Of a stretch of DNA of 64,000 nt, positions 1 through 9,891 are shown in pieces (within the stretch, counting starts at the first letter, position 1; the number at the start of each line of letters is the position of its first letter). Origin of the DNA: Bacteroidetes bacterium GWB2_32_14 (GTDB lineage: Bacteria; Bacteroidota; Bacteroidia; Bacteroidales; UBA12077). The translations under genes were made by a program, and so were the position numbers. The notes beneath the pieces are model-generated. The model saw only the letters and a program-made list of their open reading frames with translations, did no database searches and was not told the origin of the DNA. The stretch is taken from NCBI GenBank assembly GCA_001768235.1, contig MENK01000001.1, positions 82,267 through 146,266 of the forward strand. Reading direction: 5' to 3'.

Positions 1-1
1 C

Positions 2-691
2 AAAAATCAATTTCAAAAAACAGATATTGAAATTCTTGCAAACAGTTACAATAACTCAAATCAAATTGATGTTGATAATATTCGCCACCATTTAAATGGG
101 GGTGAGAAACTTGCTGTTTTTAACGGAACCCTTCATATTGAAAACGGTAAAGTTGTTGAACCTGTTACCATAATTCATGCCCGCTCGATTGCGGAAAATA
201 TCAATATTTATGATAAAAAAGAATTATATACCGGAGAGTTAAACATAGTTTCAGGGAAGATTATTGAATTGTCTGGGTCATTAAAAGTAGAAGGAGAATC
301 ATTAGTTCATAGTGCACAATTAACTACAATTGCATTTACACGAGGCTTTTTGGGCCAATGGGGAAAATATATTGTTGCTATTGGAATTATGCTTTTTGCA
401 TTTTCAACAGCAATTTCCTGGTCGTACTATGGCGACAGGTCGGTTACATTTTTGTTTGGAGCAAAATATGTTGTTTTTTACAGGATACTTTTTGTTATCG
501 CCTTTTTCTTTGCATCATTTACAGATACAACCATTATCTGGAATTTATCGCTATTAACGGTTGTTTTTATGGCTATCCCTAATTTATTCGGTATTTTATT
601 CTTACGACGTGAGGTAAAAAGTACAATCAGGCAATATTGGATTGATTTTAAAGCCGAGCATTCTGAAGAAAAAATACCAGAGAAATTGTAA
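2..691 (+). CDS. Sodium:alanine (AGCS family) symporter, C-terminal part; 5' end lies outside the window
   Basis: Frame 2 is open from base 2 with no stop before 691. The C-terminal TM segments and 'ISWSYYGDR' resemble alanine/glycine:cation symporters. The TTG at 269 in the ORF track is probably internal. Confidence 0.7.
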   Translation, partial: KNQFQKTDIEILANSYNNSNQIDVDNIRHHLNGGEKLAVFNGTLHIENGKVVEPVTIIHARSIAENINIYDKKELYTGELNIVSGKIIELSGSLKVEGESLVHSAQLTTIAFTRGFLGQWGKYIVAIGIMLFAFSTAISWSYYGDRSVTFLFGAKYVVFYRILFVIAFFFASFTDTTIIWNLSLLTVVFMAIPNLFGILFLRREVKSTIRQYWIDFKAEHSEEKIPEKL

Positions 692-732
692 TAAACAGTA
701 TTGATAAAGCGGTGTTGTATTCAATTCCGCTT

Positions 733-2127
733 TTATTTTACCCTGAATCCTAATATAAGCATATCATCAACCTGCTCATACTTGTTTTGTAACCAGTATT
801 TCAGGTTATTTTCAAGTAATTTTTTCTGGTCATTCATAGGCTTATTGTTCATTCCAAGTAACATGTGACGGAATCGGCGCGACCGGAATTTTTTCCCTTG
901 TTCGCCTCCAAACTGATCAATAAATCCATCTGTAAAAAGATAAAAAGTATCACCTTCCTGTAACTCTATTTCGTGATTCTGAAAAGGGATTTCAATTGGA
1001 GTACTACCTATTGGATTTCGTGTAGGCTTGTATTCAATAAGTTTATTATCACGGAACAGGTAAAGCGGGTTGTTTGCGCCTGCATATTGCATTATTTTTT
1101 TATCGGGTTCTATAACACAAATGGCAATATCCATTCCGCTGTTTATCGAGTAATCTGAAGAAGAATGATTGAGCTGATCTTTTATTTCGTGCCGTAAAAC
1201 CTCGAGTGCCTGGTTTGCTTTACGTACTTCTTTTTTATTCGTGATTTCATTTATTAACGAAATTCCCAAAACACTCATGAGTGCTCCCGGAACACCATGC
1301 CCTGTACAATCTGCTATTACAATTATGATATAATCGTTTATATTTCTAAACCAGTAAAAATCACCGCTTACAATATCTTTAGGTTTAAAAAAAATAAAAT
1401 GTTCAGGCAACAATTTTTTTATATAATTCTGATTTGGAAGCAATGCTTTTTGAAGACTGCTGGCATATTGGATACTATCAGTCATTTGCTTTTTCTGGTC
1501 AGCAATTTCGTCCCGTTGTTTGGTCGAAATTATCTTCTCGTCCCGATAGCTTCGAACAAGAATTGCTACAACAAAATAGATGATAATAAATGAAAAAAGA
1601 AAGGTTATCGAAACATCATAAAATTTTACTGTTTCGCTTTCGTAATGTGTAACCAGGCTTGGAAATTTCATCTCCGTAATAAAAAGAAGAATTAGATTAG
1701 ATATAAAACCTGATATTACAATTATTCTATTTCTACCTTCGGTAATAATTACAAAAAATACCAATGCAATTAAATATACAAAAATAACCGGGCCCTGGGA
1801 GCCGGAGTTAAAAAACCAAACAGTTGACAATCCCAGTAGCGAATATATTATAAAATGAGTAAGTAATGGTTTGTATATTTTTCTTTTTCGCGAAAAATAA
1901 TAAAATGAAATAAAAATGATTGAAGAAATAAAAGTAAAAGCGGTTAATATACTGTTTAATTGCAAAGCAATATTTGTAATCGTAGCAAAAAAGGCAGCTA
2001 GTGCCGAGAAAAGACATACAGAATTAAAAAACCGATGCTCAAGACTATACTCGGTTCGCCGGCCAAAAAGAATATCAACAAAGCTATGTGGATAATATGT
2101 TGCAGTTGATTTGTTTTCTTTTACCAT
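733..2127 (-). CDS. Membrane-anchored PP2C/SpoIIE-family protein phosphatase
   Basis: N-terminal half has several hydrophobic TM helices. C-terminal half has SpoIIE/PP2C motifs ('VSGDFYWF', 'ADCTGHGVPGALMS', 'TDGFIDQFGG'). Confidence 0.8.
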   Translation of the reverse strand: MVKENKSTATYYPHSFVDILFGRRTEYSLEHRFFNSVCLFSALAAFFATITNIALQLNSILTAFTFISSIIFISFYYFSRKRKIYKPLLTHFIIYSLLGLSTVWFFNSGSQGPVIFVYLIALVFFVIITEGRNRIIVISGFISNLILLFITEMKFPSLVTHYESETVKFYDVSITFLFSFIIIYFVVAILVRSYRDEKIISTKQRDEIADQKKQMTDSIQYASSLQKALLPNQNYIKKLLPEHFIFFKPKDIVSGDFYWFRNINDYIIIVIADCTGHGVPGALMSVLGISLINEITNKKEVRKANQALEVLRHEIKDQLNHSSSDYSINSGMDIAICVIEPDKKIMQYAGANNPLYLFRDNKLIEYKPTRNPIGSTPIEIPFQNHEIELQEGDTFYLFTDGFIDQFGGEQGKKFRSRRFRHMLLGMNNKPMNDQKKLLENNLKYWLQNKYEQVDDMLILGFRVK

Positions 2128-2250
2128 TAATGTTTGTTAAGCCTCTTGTTTAGTGATTCATATTGATTGGCAGGCTTATTTGACTAGCTAATTTAAAACA
2201 AATTATTGAATAAGCAAATGAATTGTTTGATCATTAGTCAAATAGACGGG

Positions 2251-3666
2251 TTAAGAATATTTTCTTACAAGGAGCACAATATTTTCAACATGATATGTAT
2301 GCGGAAACATGTCAACAGGTTGCACTTTAATTACTTTATACTTTACGCTAAACAATTGAATATCGCGAGCCTGCGTTGCGGGATTGCAGCTTACATACAC
2401 AACTTTTTCAGGAGCCGCATTTAATATGGTTTCTACAACATCGGGATGCATTCCGGCTCTTGGCGGGTCGGTTATTATTACATCGGGTTTACCATGTTGC
2501 TTAATAAATGAGCTGGTGAGAATATCTTTTAAATCGCCTGCAAAAAACTCTGTATTATGAATAGTATTTATTTCTGAATTTATTTTTGCATCTTCAATAG
2601 CTTCTGGAACATATTCTATACCAATAACTTTTTTTGCTTGTTTGGCAACAAAATTGGCGATGGTTCCTGTTCCTGTATATAAATCATAAACAATTTCTTT
2701 ACCTGTTAACCCGGCAAAATCCCTTGCAACTTTATATAATCTGTAAGCCTGCCCGGAGTTGGTTTGATAAAAAGATTTTGCTCCGATTTTAAACTTTAAA
2801 TCTTCCATTTGCTCGAAAATATGATCTTTTCCTTTGAATAACACTACTTCTTGGTCTGTAATAGAATCATTTGATTTAGTGTTTATTATATACATTAAAG
2901 ATGTGATTTCCGGAAACAAAAAAGCAAGGTGATTTAGTAAATTTATTCTTTCATCAGCATCTTCATAATAAAAAACTACAATTGCCATTAACTCACCTGT
3001 AGATGAAGTTCTAATAATAAGGTTTCGCAAAAAACCTTCTTGTTTTCGCAAATCGAAGAAGCTTAATTTATGTTCATCGGTGTATTTTTTTACCTCATTT
3101 CGGATTGCATTTGATGGTTCGGGCTGTAACCAGCATTTATTGATATGTACGATTTTATCCCATAAACCGGGAACATGAAATCCTAAGGCATTGTTTCTTT
3201 CAATTTTTCCTTCCTTCTGAATTTCTTCTTTTGTTAACCAGCGATTATTTGAAAATGTAAATTCCAGTTTATTTCGGTAAAATGTAGTTTTTTCTGACGG
3301 GAGGATATAATCAATTTCGGGTAACTCAACTTTAGCAATTCGTTGCAGGTTATCAATTACCTGCTGGTGTTTGTATTTTAATTGTTCTTCATAAGGTAAG
3401 TTCTGCCATTTGCAACCTCCGCAAACTTCGAAATGTTCACAAACAGGAGTTAAACGTTTATCTGAATATTTACGAAACAGAACAGGTACAGCTTCCATGT
3501 AGCTTTTACGTTTCCGGGTAATTTGTAAATCAACCACATCGCCTGGTATAACTTTTGTTACAAAAACAACTTTATTGTCAATTTTTGCAATTGCTTTTCC
3601 TTCTGCTGCAATATTTGTAATCTCAACATTCTCAATTATTGGCAGTTTTTTTCTATCTCTTCCCAC
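2251..3666 (-). CDS. rlmD: 23S rRNA (uracil-5-)-methyltransferase RlmD/RumA
   Basis: TRAM-like N-terminus, Cys cluster 'CEHFEVCGGCKWQ', SAM-MTase motifs ('DLYTGTGTI', 'DPPRAG', 'YVSCNP'). The ORF is open to 3696, but the GTG at 3666 ('VGRDRKKLP') fits the usual N-terminus better. Confidence 0.85.
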   Translation of the reverse strand: MGRDRKKLPIIENVEITNIAAEGKAIAKIDNKVVFVTKVIPGDVVDLQITRKRKSYMEAVPVLFRKYSDKRLTPVCEHFEVCGGCKWQNLPYEEQLKYKHQQVIDNLQRIAKVELPEIDYILPSEKTTFYRNKLEFTFSNNRWLTKEEIQKEGKIERNNALGFHVPGLWDKIVHINKCWLQPEPSNAIRNEVKKYTDEHKLSFFDLRKQEGFLRNLIIRTSSTGELMAIVVFYYEDADERINLLNHLAFLFPEITSLMYIINTKSNDSITDQEVVLFKGKDHIFEQMEDLKFKIGAKSFYQTNSGQAYRLYKVARDFAGLTGKEIVYDLYTGTGTIANFVAKQAKKVIGIEYVPEAIEDAKINSEINTIHNTEFFAGDLKDILTSSFIKQHGKPDVIITDPPRAGMHPDVVETILNAAPEKVVYVSCNPATQARDIQLFSVKYKVIKVQPVDMFPHTYHVENIVLLVRKYS

Positions 3667-3779
3667 TTTGTAAAATTTTAAGTTGCAAAGATACAATAAT
3701 AGTTAGTTTGTTAAAACCTGGTGATTTTTTAAGTTGTTCTTTATAATCTTATCTTTGCGAAAAATTATCAGATATTTTT

Positions 3780-5723
3780 ATGATTTCAGTAGATCAGCTT
3801 ACGGTTGAATTTGGAGGATTTCAGTTATTTAACGATGTTTCTTTTATGGTTAATCCAAAAGACAGGATTGGCCTCGTGGGTAAAAATGGTTCCGGAAAAT
3901 CTACTTTGCTCAAGATTTTTATGCGAATGCAAACACCTGCAAAAGGAAAAGTTACGGTACCCGAAAGAATTCGCTTGGGTTATTTGCCTCAGCACATGTC
4001 ATGCAAAGACAGTAAAACTGTGATTGAAGAAACCCGGGAGGCATTTTTTGAGGTTCTTTTACTCGAAAAAAAAATAAGGGAAATTAATCATCACCTGACT
4101 AACAGAACAGATTATGAATCATCTGAATATTTAAAACTTATTCACGATTTAACCGAAGCAACCGATCAATACCAAATGATGGGCGGAGGTGCTATTGATG
4201 CTGATATTGAACAAACGTTATTTGGGTTGGGATTTCAAACCAAAGATTTTAACAGGCAAACATCAGAATTTAGTGGTGGCTGGCGAATGCGAATAGAGCT
4301 GGCTAAAATACTTTTGCAAAAACCTGATGTTTTGTTGCTCGACGAGCCAACGAATCATTTAGATATAGAAGCTATTCAATGGTTCGAAGATTTTTTAATC
4401 AATTATCCCGGAGCATTGGTTTTAATATCTCACGATCGCATGTTTCTTGACAATGTTACAAAACGTACCGTTGAATTATCGTTAGGTAAGGCATACGATT
4501 ACAATGTACCGTATTCAAAATATGTTGTTTTACGCAAAGAGCGCCGTGAACAACAAATGGCTGCATACCGTAACCAACAAAAAATGATTGAAGAAACAGA
4601 GGATTTTATCGAACGATTCAGGTATAAAGCCACGAAAGCCGTTCAGGTTCAGTCGCGTATTAAACAGCTTGATAAGATCGACCGCATTGAAGTTGATGAA
4701 GAAGACCTGGCATCATTAAATATTAAATTTCCACCTGCCCCACGATCTGGCGATGTAGTAATTACTGCCCGTGATTTATCGAAAAATTATGGCGACTTAG
4801 TGGTTTTTAAAGAGGTGGATTTAACCATTCACCGTGGCGACAGGGTTGCTTTTGTTGGCAGAAATGGTGAAGGTAAAACTACTCTTTCAAAGATAATTGT
4901 CGATAACCTGGAACATGGAGGAACTCTTAAAATCGGGCATAATGTATCTATTGGTTATTTTGCCCAAAACCAGGATGAAATTATGGATGAGAAGAAAACC
5001 GTGTTTCAGACCATTGATGATATTGCCGTTGGGGATGTAAGAACAAAAATCCGCGATATACTTGGCGCGTTCTTATTTAGCGGTGAAGATATTGATAAAA
5101 AGATAAAAGTACTTTCAGGAGGAGAACGATCGAGGCTTGCAATGGCGAAATTATTACTTCAGCCATATAACTTGCTGGTTCTCGATGAGCCTACCAATCA
5201 CCTTGATATGCGTTCGAAAGATATTTTAAAAGAGGCTCTTCTTGATTACAAAGGTACACTCATCCTGGTTTCACACGACAGGGAATTTCTCGATGGACTG
5301 GTTGATAAAGTATATGAATTTAAAAATCAAAAGGTTAAAGAACATTTGGGTGGTATCTTTGATTTTTTACAAAAACGTAAACTCGAGAACCTGAAGGAAC
5401 TTGAACGCAAGAATACCCAACAGGCATTGGTGAAAGACAAAAAAGAATCTGATAATAAAATGGCTTATCTGGAAAAAAAGGAAATTGATAAGCAAATCAG
5501 GAAAATAGAAAATAGTATTAAAACCAGTGAAGAGAATATAGATAAATTTGAAAAAGAAATTGAAAAAATAGCCCAGCTTATGTCCGATCCGAAAGCGCTT
5601 GGAGAAAACCCCTTACTCTTTAAAGATTATGAAATGCAAAAGCAAAACCTTCAAAAGGAAATGAGTAAATGGGAATCTTTTCATAAGGAATTGGAAATAT
5701 TAATGGTTAAAAAAGAGAAATAA
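3780..5723 (+). CDS. ABC-F family ATPase (two fused ABC domains, no TM domain, C-terminal coiled coil)
   Basis: Two Walker A sites ('GKNGSGKST', 'GRNGEGKTT'), two signature motifs ('FSGGWRMR', 'LSGGERSR'), two Walker B sites ('LLLDEPTNHLD', 'LVLDEPTNHLD'), and a Lys/Glu-rich tail. Confidence 0.9.
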   Translation: MISVDQLTVEFGGFQLFNDVSFMVNPKDRIGLVGKNGSGKSTLLKIFMRMQTPAKGKVTVPERIRLGYLPQHMSCKDSKTVIEETREAFFEVLLLEKKIREINHHLTNRTDYESSEYLKLIHDLTEATDQYQMMGGGAIDADIEQTLFGLGFQTKDFNRQTSEFSGGWRMRIELAKILLQKPDVLLLDEPTNHLDIEAIQWFEDFLINYPGALVLISHDRMFLDNVTKRTVELSLGKAYDYNVPYSKYVVLRKERREQQMAAYRNQQKMIEETEDFIERFRYKATKAVQVQSRIKQLDKIDRIEVDEEDLASLNIKFPPAPRSGDVVITARDLSKNYGDLVVFKEVDLTIHRGDRVAFVGRNGEGKTTLSKIIVDNLEHGGTLKIGHNVSIGYFAQNQDEIMDEKKTVFQTIDDIAVGDVRTKIRDILGAFLFSGEDIDKKIKVLSGGERSRLAMAKLLLQPYNLLVLDEPTNHLDMRSKDILKEALLDYKGTLILVSHDREFLDGLVDKVYEFKNQKVKEHLGGIFDFLQKRKLENLKELERKNTQQALVKDKKESDNKMAYLEKKEIDKQIRKIENSIKTSEENIDKFEKEIEKIAQLMSDPKALGENPLLFKDYEMQKQNLQKEMSKWESFHKELEILMVKKEK

Positions 5724-5883
5724 ATCCAATAAGGGGTAGGGTAATTATTTTGATTAAAGAGAAGTTCATAATTTTTAGAATAAAAATTAATTTTTCCGGA
5801 ATTATCTTTGAACTTTTATAGATTTGTAATAAATCTATTGATATCCAGTAAAATATAATAGAACGCTGATAACACAGATAATT

Positions 5884-6268
5884 ATGATGAATACAGATAA
5901 TTTTAAGCATTCAGAAATTACTGAAAAAATTATTAAAGCCTTTTATAAAGTTTACAATACCTTAGGATATGGGTTTTTTAGAAAAGGTATATGAAAATGC
6001 TTTGTTTATTGAACTAACAGCAATGGGCTTATTTGTTGAAAAACAAAAACAGATTAAAGTTTATTACGAAGGTAAACAAGTAGGTGAATACTATGCAGAT
6101 TTAACCCTTGAAGGATATGTAATTGTTGAATTAAAAGCTGTCGAAAATTCATGTGAAGAACATGAATATCAGCTGATTAATTATTTGAAAGCAACAGAAA
6201 TTGAAGTTGGTTTGCTCTTAAATTTTGGAAAAACCCCAGAGTTTAAACGTAAAGTATTTTCAAATTAA
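5884..6268 (+). pseudogene. GxxExxY-family (PD-(D/E)XK-like) protein gene interrupted by a +1 frameshift in a T6 run
   Basis: Frame 1 from ATG 5884 reads 'MMNTDNFKHSEITEKIIKAFYKVYNTLGYGFF' then stops. Frame 2 continues 'GFLEKVYENALFIEL...VELKAVE...QLINYLKAT...GLLLNFG'. Removing one T from tttttt at 5974-5979 joins them into a typical ~127-aa protein. Confidence 0.75.
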
Positions 6269-6346
6269 AAAAATCTTAATGAATCATAAAAATCAGCGGT
6301 ATCTGCGTTCTATTTTTGCTATATAATTTAAATAATAAGAATCAAT

Positions 6347-7627
6347 ATGATTAAAGAATTACGTTTGATAATTCTTCTTGTATCAGGGAGCATTTTGTAT
6401 TCATGTTCAACAAGGAAAATGAGTTTGCATTTTCAAAACCTTGATAAAATTTACGATCCATACAGCACATCAATTCATCCTGACATTCAAATTTATAACG
6501 ATTCCGATTCTTCGTCGCTTGTTGTTATTAAAATAAAATCACAGGAGTTGTTGTATAACCTTGCTAACGAAGAAAATAAATTACTTTCGAAAATAAGAGT
6601 TTCATATACCTTGTACGATCCATCAAAGAAAGAAGCCTTTATCGACAGTTTATCAGCCAGCTTTAGATTTGAAAAGAGTCAAATTCAGAATTATCACTTG
6701 ATTAATTTATCAGTACCAACAACTTTAGGCAGGAACTATATAATTGAATTAAGGATTTCTGACCAAAACAGGAGATCATCAATAAATTTTATCAGGCAGA
6801 TTAACCGTATCGAAAACTATACTGCCCGGGATTTTCTTATTTCCAATCCTGTAAATAATGATTACCATACGGATAATTATATTCGCGAAGGACAACGTTT
6901 TTCATTCAGTCATTACAACCATGACATAGACTCGATGTATGTGTTCTATTATAAAAATAATTTTATTACTCCAAAGCCACCATATATTACAGATACGATT
7001 TCAGAGTCTTTTTCAATTGCCGATACTGTATTTACCTGCTATGCCGATTCAATTGATTATTCATGCTTTAATAATGAAGGGATTTATTTTTTTAGCTCAT
7101 CAATGAGTACCCATAATGGATTTTATTTGTACAACTTTGGGAATAATTTCCCGGAATTTAAAAAACCTTCTGATTTAATAAAACCACTTTCGTATTTAAG
7201 TATTGATGATTCTATAGTTTCTGATACTTTAGATGAAAAAATGATAAAGCTGGAACTCGATAATTTCTGGCTTTCACGGGCAAAAAATATGGATCGTTCA
7301 CGTGAGCTGATAAAAGTATTTTATTCGAGGGTGAAATATGCCAATTATTATTTTACATCGTACAAACCCGGCTGGCAAACAGATAGAGGGATGATATATA
7401 TTATTTATGGTTCGCCCGATTATATTTTAAAAACGATAAACGAAGAACAATGGATTTACAATCCCAGTGATATTTGGCCGGGTAATGTATTTGTTTTTGA
7501 GAATATTCAACATAAATTCAGCCGGAATCATTATGTTTTAAACAGGTTAAAACAAAAATCAACAGGTTGGGACGATGCCGTAAAACTATGGAACAGTGGT
7601 GAAGTATATTATTATCAAAATCAATAA
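6347..7627 (+). CDS. GWxTD domain-containing protein (secreted or lipoprotein)
   Basis: Signal peptide with Cys ('LYSCS') and the C-terminal motif 'GWQTDRGMIYIIYGSPDYI'. Confidence 0.8.
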   Translation: MIKELRLIILLVSGSILYSCSTRKMSLHFQNLDKIYDPYSTSIHPDIQIYNDSDSSSLVVIKIKSQELLYNLANEENKLLSKIRVSYTLYDPSKKEAFIDSLSASFRFEKSQIQNYHLINLSVPTTLGRNYIIELRISDQNRRSSINFIRQINRIENYTARDFLISNPVNNDYHTDNYIREGQRFSFSHYNHDIDSMYVFYYKNNFITPKPPYITDTISESFSIADTVFTCYADSIDYSCFNNEGIYFFSSSMSTHNGFYLYNFGNNFPEFKKPSDLIKPLSYLSIDDSIVSDTLDEKMIKLELDNFWLSRAKNMDRSRELIKVFYSRVKYANYYFTSYKPGWQTDRGMIYIIYGSPDYILKTINEEQWIYNPSDIWPGNVFVFENIQHKFSRNHYVLNRLKQKSTGWDDAVKLWNSGEVYYYQNQ

Positions 7628-7629
7628 AA

Positions 7630-8370
7630 ATGACAAAAGAAACAGAATTTATTTTTGGTATTCGCTCCGTTATTGAAGCGATTAAAGCGGATAAGCTAAT
7701 TGACAAACTTATGATTCGTAGGGGGTTAACTGGTGAATTGAGCCATGAGTTATTAAACCTTGTGAAAGAATACCAGATACCTTACCAACTGGTTCCAAAC
7801 GAACGGATAAACCGCGTAACGCAAAAAAATCACCAGGGAGTTGTTGCATTTATTTCGCCTATTGAGTTCCAGAATATTGAGCAAATCGTTCCCTCGCTGT
7901 TTGAAGCCGGAAAGACTCCTTTGCTGGTAATTCTCGATAAAGTAACCGATGTACGTAACTTTGGTGCTATTACCAGAACATGTGAATGTGCAGCTGCAAA
8001 TGCTATTATTATCCCAGAAAAAGGTTCAGCACGAATATCGGGCGATGCAGTTAAAACATCGGCAGGGGCATTGCATAAAATACCCGTGTGCAGGGTTCAG
8101 AATTTGGCACAAACCATAAAATTTTTAAAATCGAGCGGGATACAGGTTGTTGCTGCAACAGAGAAAGCCGCTGATTTATATTATGAAATCGATTTTTCGC
8201 TACCAACGGCTATATTGTTAGGAGCAGAAGATAAAGGAGTTGAAGTCGAATATCTTAGAATAAGCGATAAGCTGGTAAAAATACCCGTTTTGGGCGAAAT
8301 AGAATCGCTAAATGTATCGGTTGCTGCTGGTATATTAATGTATGAAGCAGTAAAGCAGAGGTTAGCTTAG
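7630..8370 (+). CDS. rlmB: 23S rRNA (guanosine-2'-O)-methyltransferase RlmB (SpoU/TrmH family)
   Basis: SpoU substrate-binding N-terminus and TrmH motifs ('DKVTDVRNFGAITRT', 'LLGAEDKGV', 'ESLNVSVAAGILMYE'). Confidence 0.85.
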   Translation: MTKETEFIFGIRSVIEAIKADKLIDKLMIRRGLTGELSHELLNLVKEYQIPYQLVPNERINRVTQKNHQGVVAFISPIEFQNIEQIVPSLFEAGKTPLLVILDKVTDVRNFGAITRTCECAAANAIIIPEKGSARISGDAVKTSAGALHKIPVCRVQNLAQTIKFLKSSGIQVVAATEKAADLYYEIDFSLPTAILLGAEDKGVEVEYLRISDKLVKIPVLGEIESLNVSVAAGILMYEAVKQRLA

Positions 8371-8387
8371 TAAAAATACATTAAGGG

Positions 8388-9560
8388 TTATTGGTGTTTA
8401 AGCGTAAACTTAAAAGCCGATCCTTTATTCAAATCGCTTTCAACCCATATTTTACCCCCATTACGTTCAACAAATTCTTTACATAAAATTAATCCTAATC
8501 CTGTACCTTTTTCGTCAGATGTACCCGGGGTGGTGTGATGTACATCAATTCGGAAAAGTTTTTCCTTGTCTTCCTGTTTCATTCCTATACCATTGTCTAT
8601 AACTGAAATTTCAACTTCTTTATCTTTGAGCTCTGCTCTTATGGTTATTGCTCCTTCGGGGTTCGAGAATTTTATTGCATTGCTTATCAAATTTCGAAGT
8701 ACTGTTGTTATCATATTTTCATCTGCAAACACGGTACACTGATCATCAATTTTTATGTAAATTTTTAATTTTTTATTCTCGATATTCATCATCAGTAAAT
8801 CGATAGTATTTTCAATAATCTTTTTTAATGCAATATATTTGGGTTCAAACGGCACACTGCCGGTTTGTGAACGAGACCATTGAAGTAAATTCTCTAAAAG
8901 ATTATAAAGTTGTTTCGATGCCTGGTTCATAACATCGATAAATTCCTGGCTTTCTTTTTCTGAAAACGTGCTGAAATTCTCTGAAAGTATTTCGGTAAGA
9001 TTTAAAAACCCGGCAATAGGGTTACGCAAATCGTGTGCAATAATCGAAAAGAATTTGTCTTTACTGGCATTTAATTCGTGTAATTTTTTACGTTGCAGTT
9101 CGAGCTCTTCGTTTTGCAGGCTAATGGTTTTTTTTGCTTTTTTTAAATCAATCATTTTACCAAATAGCTCAATTGTGCGCTCCCTGAATTTTTGATTTGT
9201 TTTTTCGAGTTGTGATTGCTGGATTTCTATTTCATATTTTTGCTTCTCAAGTTGCTCATTTTGCTGGCTGATAATCTTTTTTGCTTTTTTTAAATCCACC
9301 ATTTTGCCAAATAGCTCAATAGTTCTCCCCCTGAATTTTTCGCTCGAGTCTTCAAGTTTCTTCTGCTGGATTTCAAGTTCTAAACGTTTCGTTTCTAAAT
9401 CAGAGTATTGTTTTGAAATGGTTTCATCAACTTTTTCAGGTAAACCCCAATTAATATCTTCGTTATGAATGATTAAATCTTCTTCTGTTTTTTTATGATT
9501 TATTGACATTCGCTTTCCCTTTCCCCTCGTGGTTTTAATGTTTTTATACTCTAAAATCAA
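8388..9560 (-). CDS. Soluble sensor histidine kinase with an internally duplicated coiled-coil N-terminus
   Basis: H-box 'FSIIAHDLRNPI', N-box 'LISNAIKFS', G-boxes 'DNGIGM' and 'GTGLGL'. No TM helix. TTG start overlaps the upstream stop; the alternative ATG 'MSINHKK' is at 9509. Confidence 0.8.
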   Translation of the reverse strand: MILEYKNIKTTRGKGKRMSINHKKTEEDLIIHNEDINWGLPEKVDETISKQYSDLETKRLELEIQQKKLEDSSEKFRGRTIELFGKMVDLKKAKKIISQQNEQLEKQKYEIEIQQSQLEKTNQKFRERTIELFGKMIDLKKAKKTISLQNEELELQRKKLHELNASKDKFFSIIAHDLRNPIAGFLNLTEILSENFSTFSEKESQEFIDVMNQASKQLYNLLENLLQWSRSQTGSVPFEPKYIALKKIIENTIDLLMMNIENKKLKIYIKIDDQCTVFADENMITTVLRNLISNAIKFSNPEGAITIRAELKDKEVEISVIDNGIGMKQEDKEKLFRIDVHHTTPGTSDEKGTGLGLILCKEFVERNGGKIWVESDLNKGSAFKFTLKHQ

Positions 9561-9889
9561 TACAAAAGATACATTTTTTCTTTATTTTTCCATCCTGCCT
9601 GGTAATCATTGCTTACAAAAAATATTTTTAATTCAGCCTGATAATCGTGATCGGCAAAGAATATTTTTTTTTTAGCCTGGTAACTTTGTTCAGTAAAAAA
9701 CCACAATCCTTTATTTTCTTTAGCCTGGTAATCGTACTTTACTTTGTAAACTAATAAATCTGCCTGATAGTCATATTGGGTAACAAATACTTTTAAATCA
9801 GCCTGGTAATCGTATGGTACGGAATATATTTTTTGAGAATATAAAATGCCTGGCATAATTAAAAACAAAAAACTGATAACTAGTTTCAT
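9557..9889 (-). CDS. Small secreted repeat protein with six copies of a (Y/H/N)DYQA(D/E/K/G) motif
   Basis: Signal peptide, then a periodic 'YDYQADLKVF' type repeat that is also visible in the DNA as a repeated gcctggtaatc. Function unknown. Confidence 0.6.
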   Translation of the reverse strand: MKLVISFLFLIMPGILYSQKIYSVPYDYQADLKVFVTQYDYQADLLVYKVKYDYQAKENKGLWFFTEQSYQAKKKIFFADHDYQAELKIFFVSNDYQAGWKNKEKMYLLY

Positions 9890-9891
9890 GA

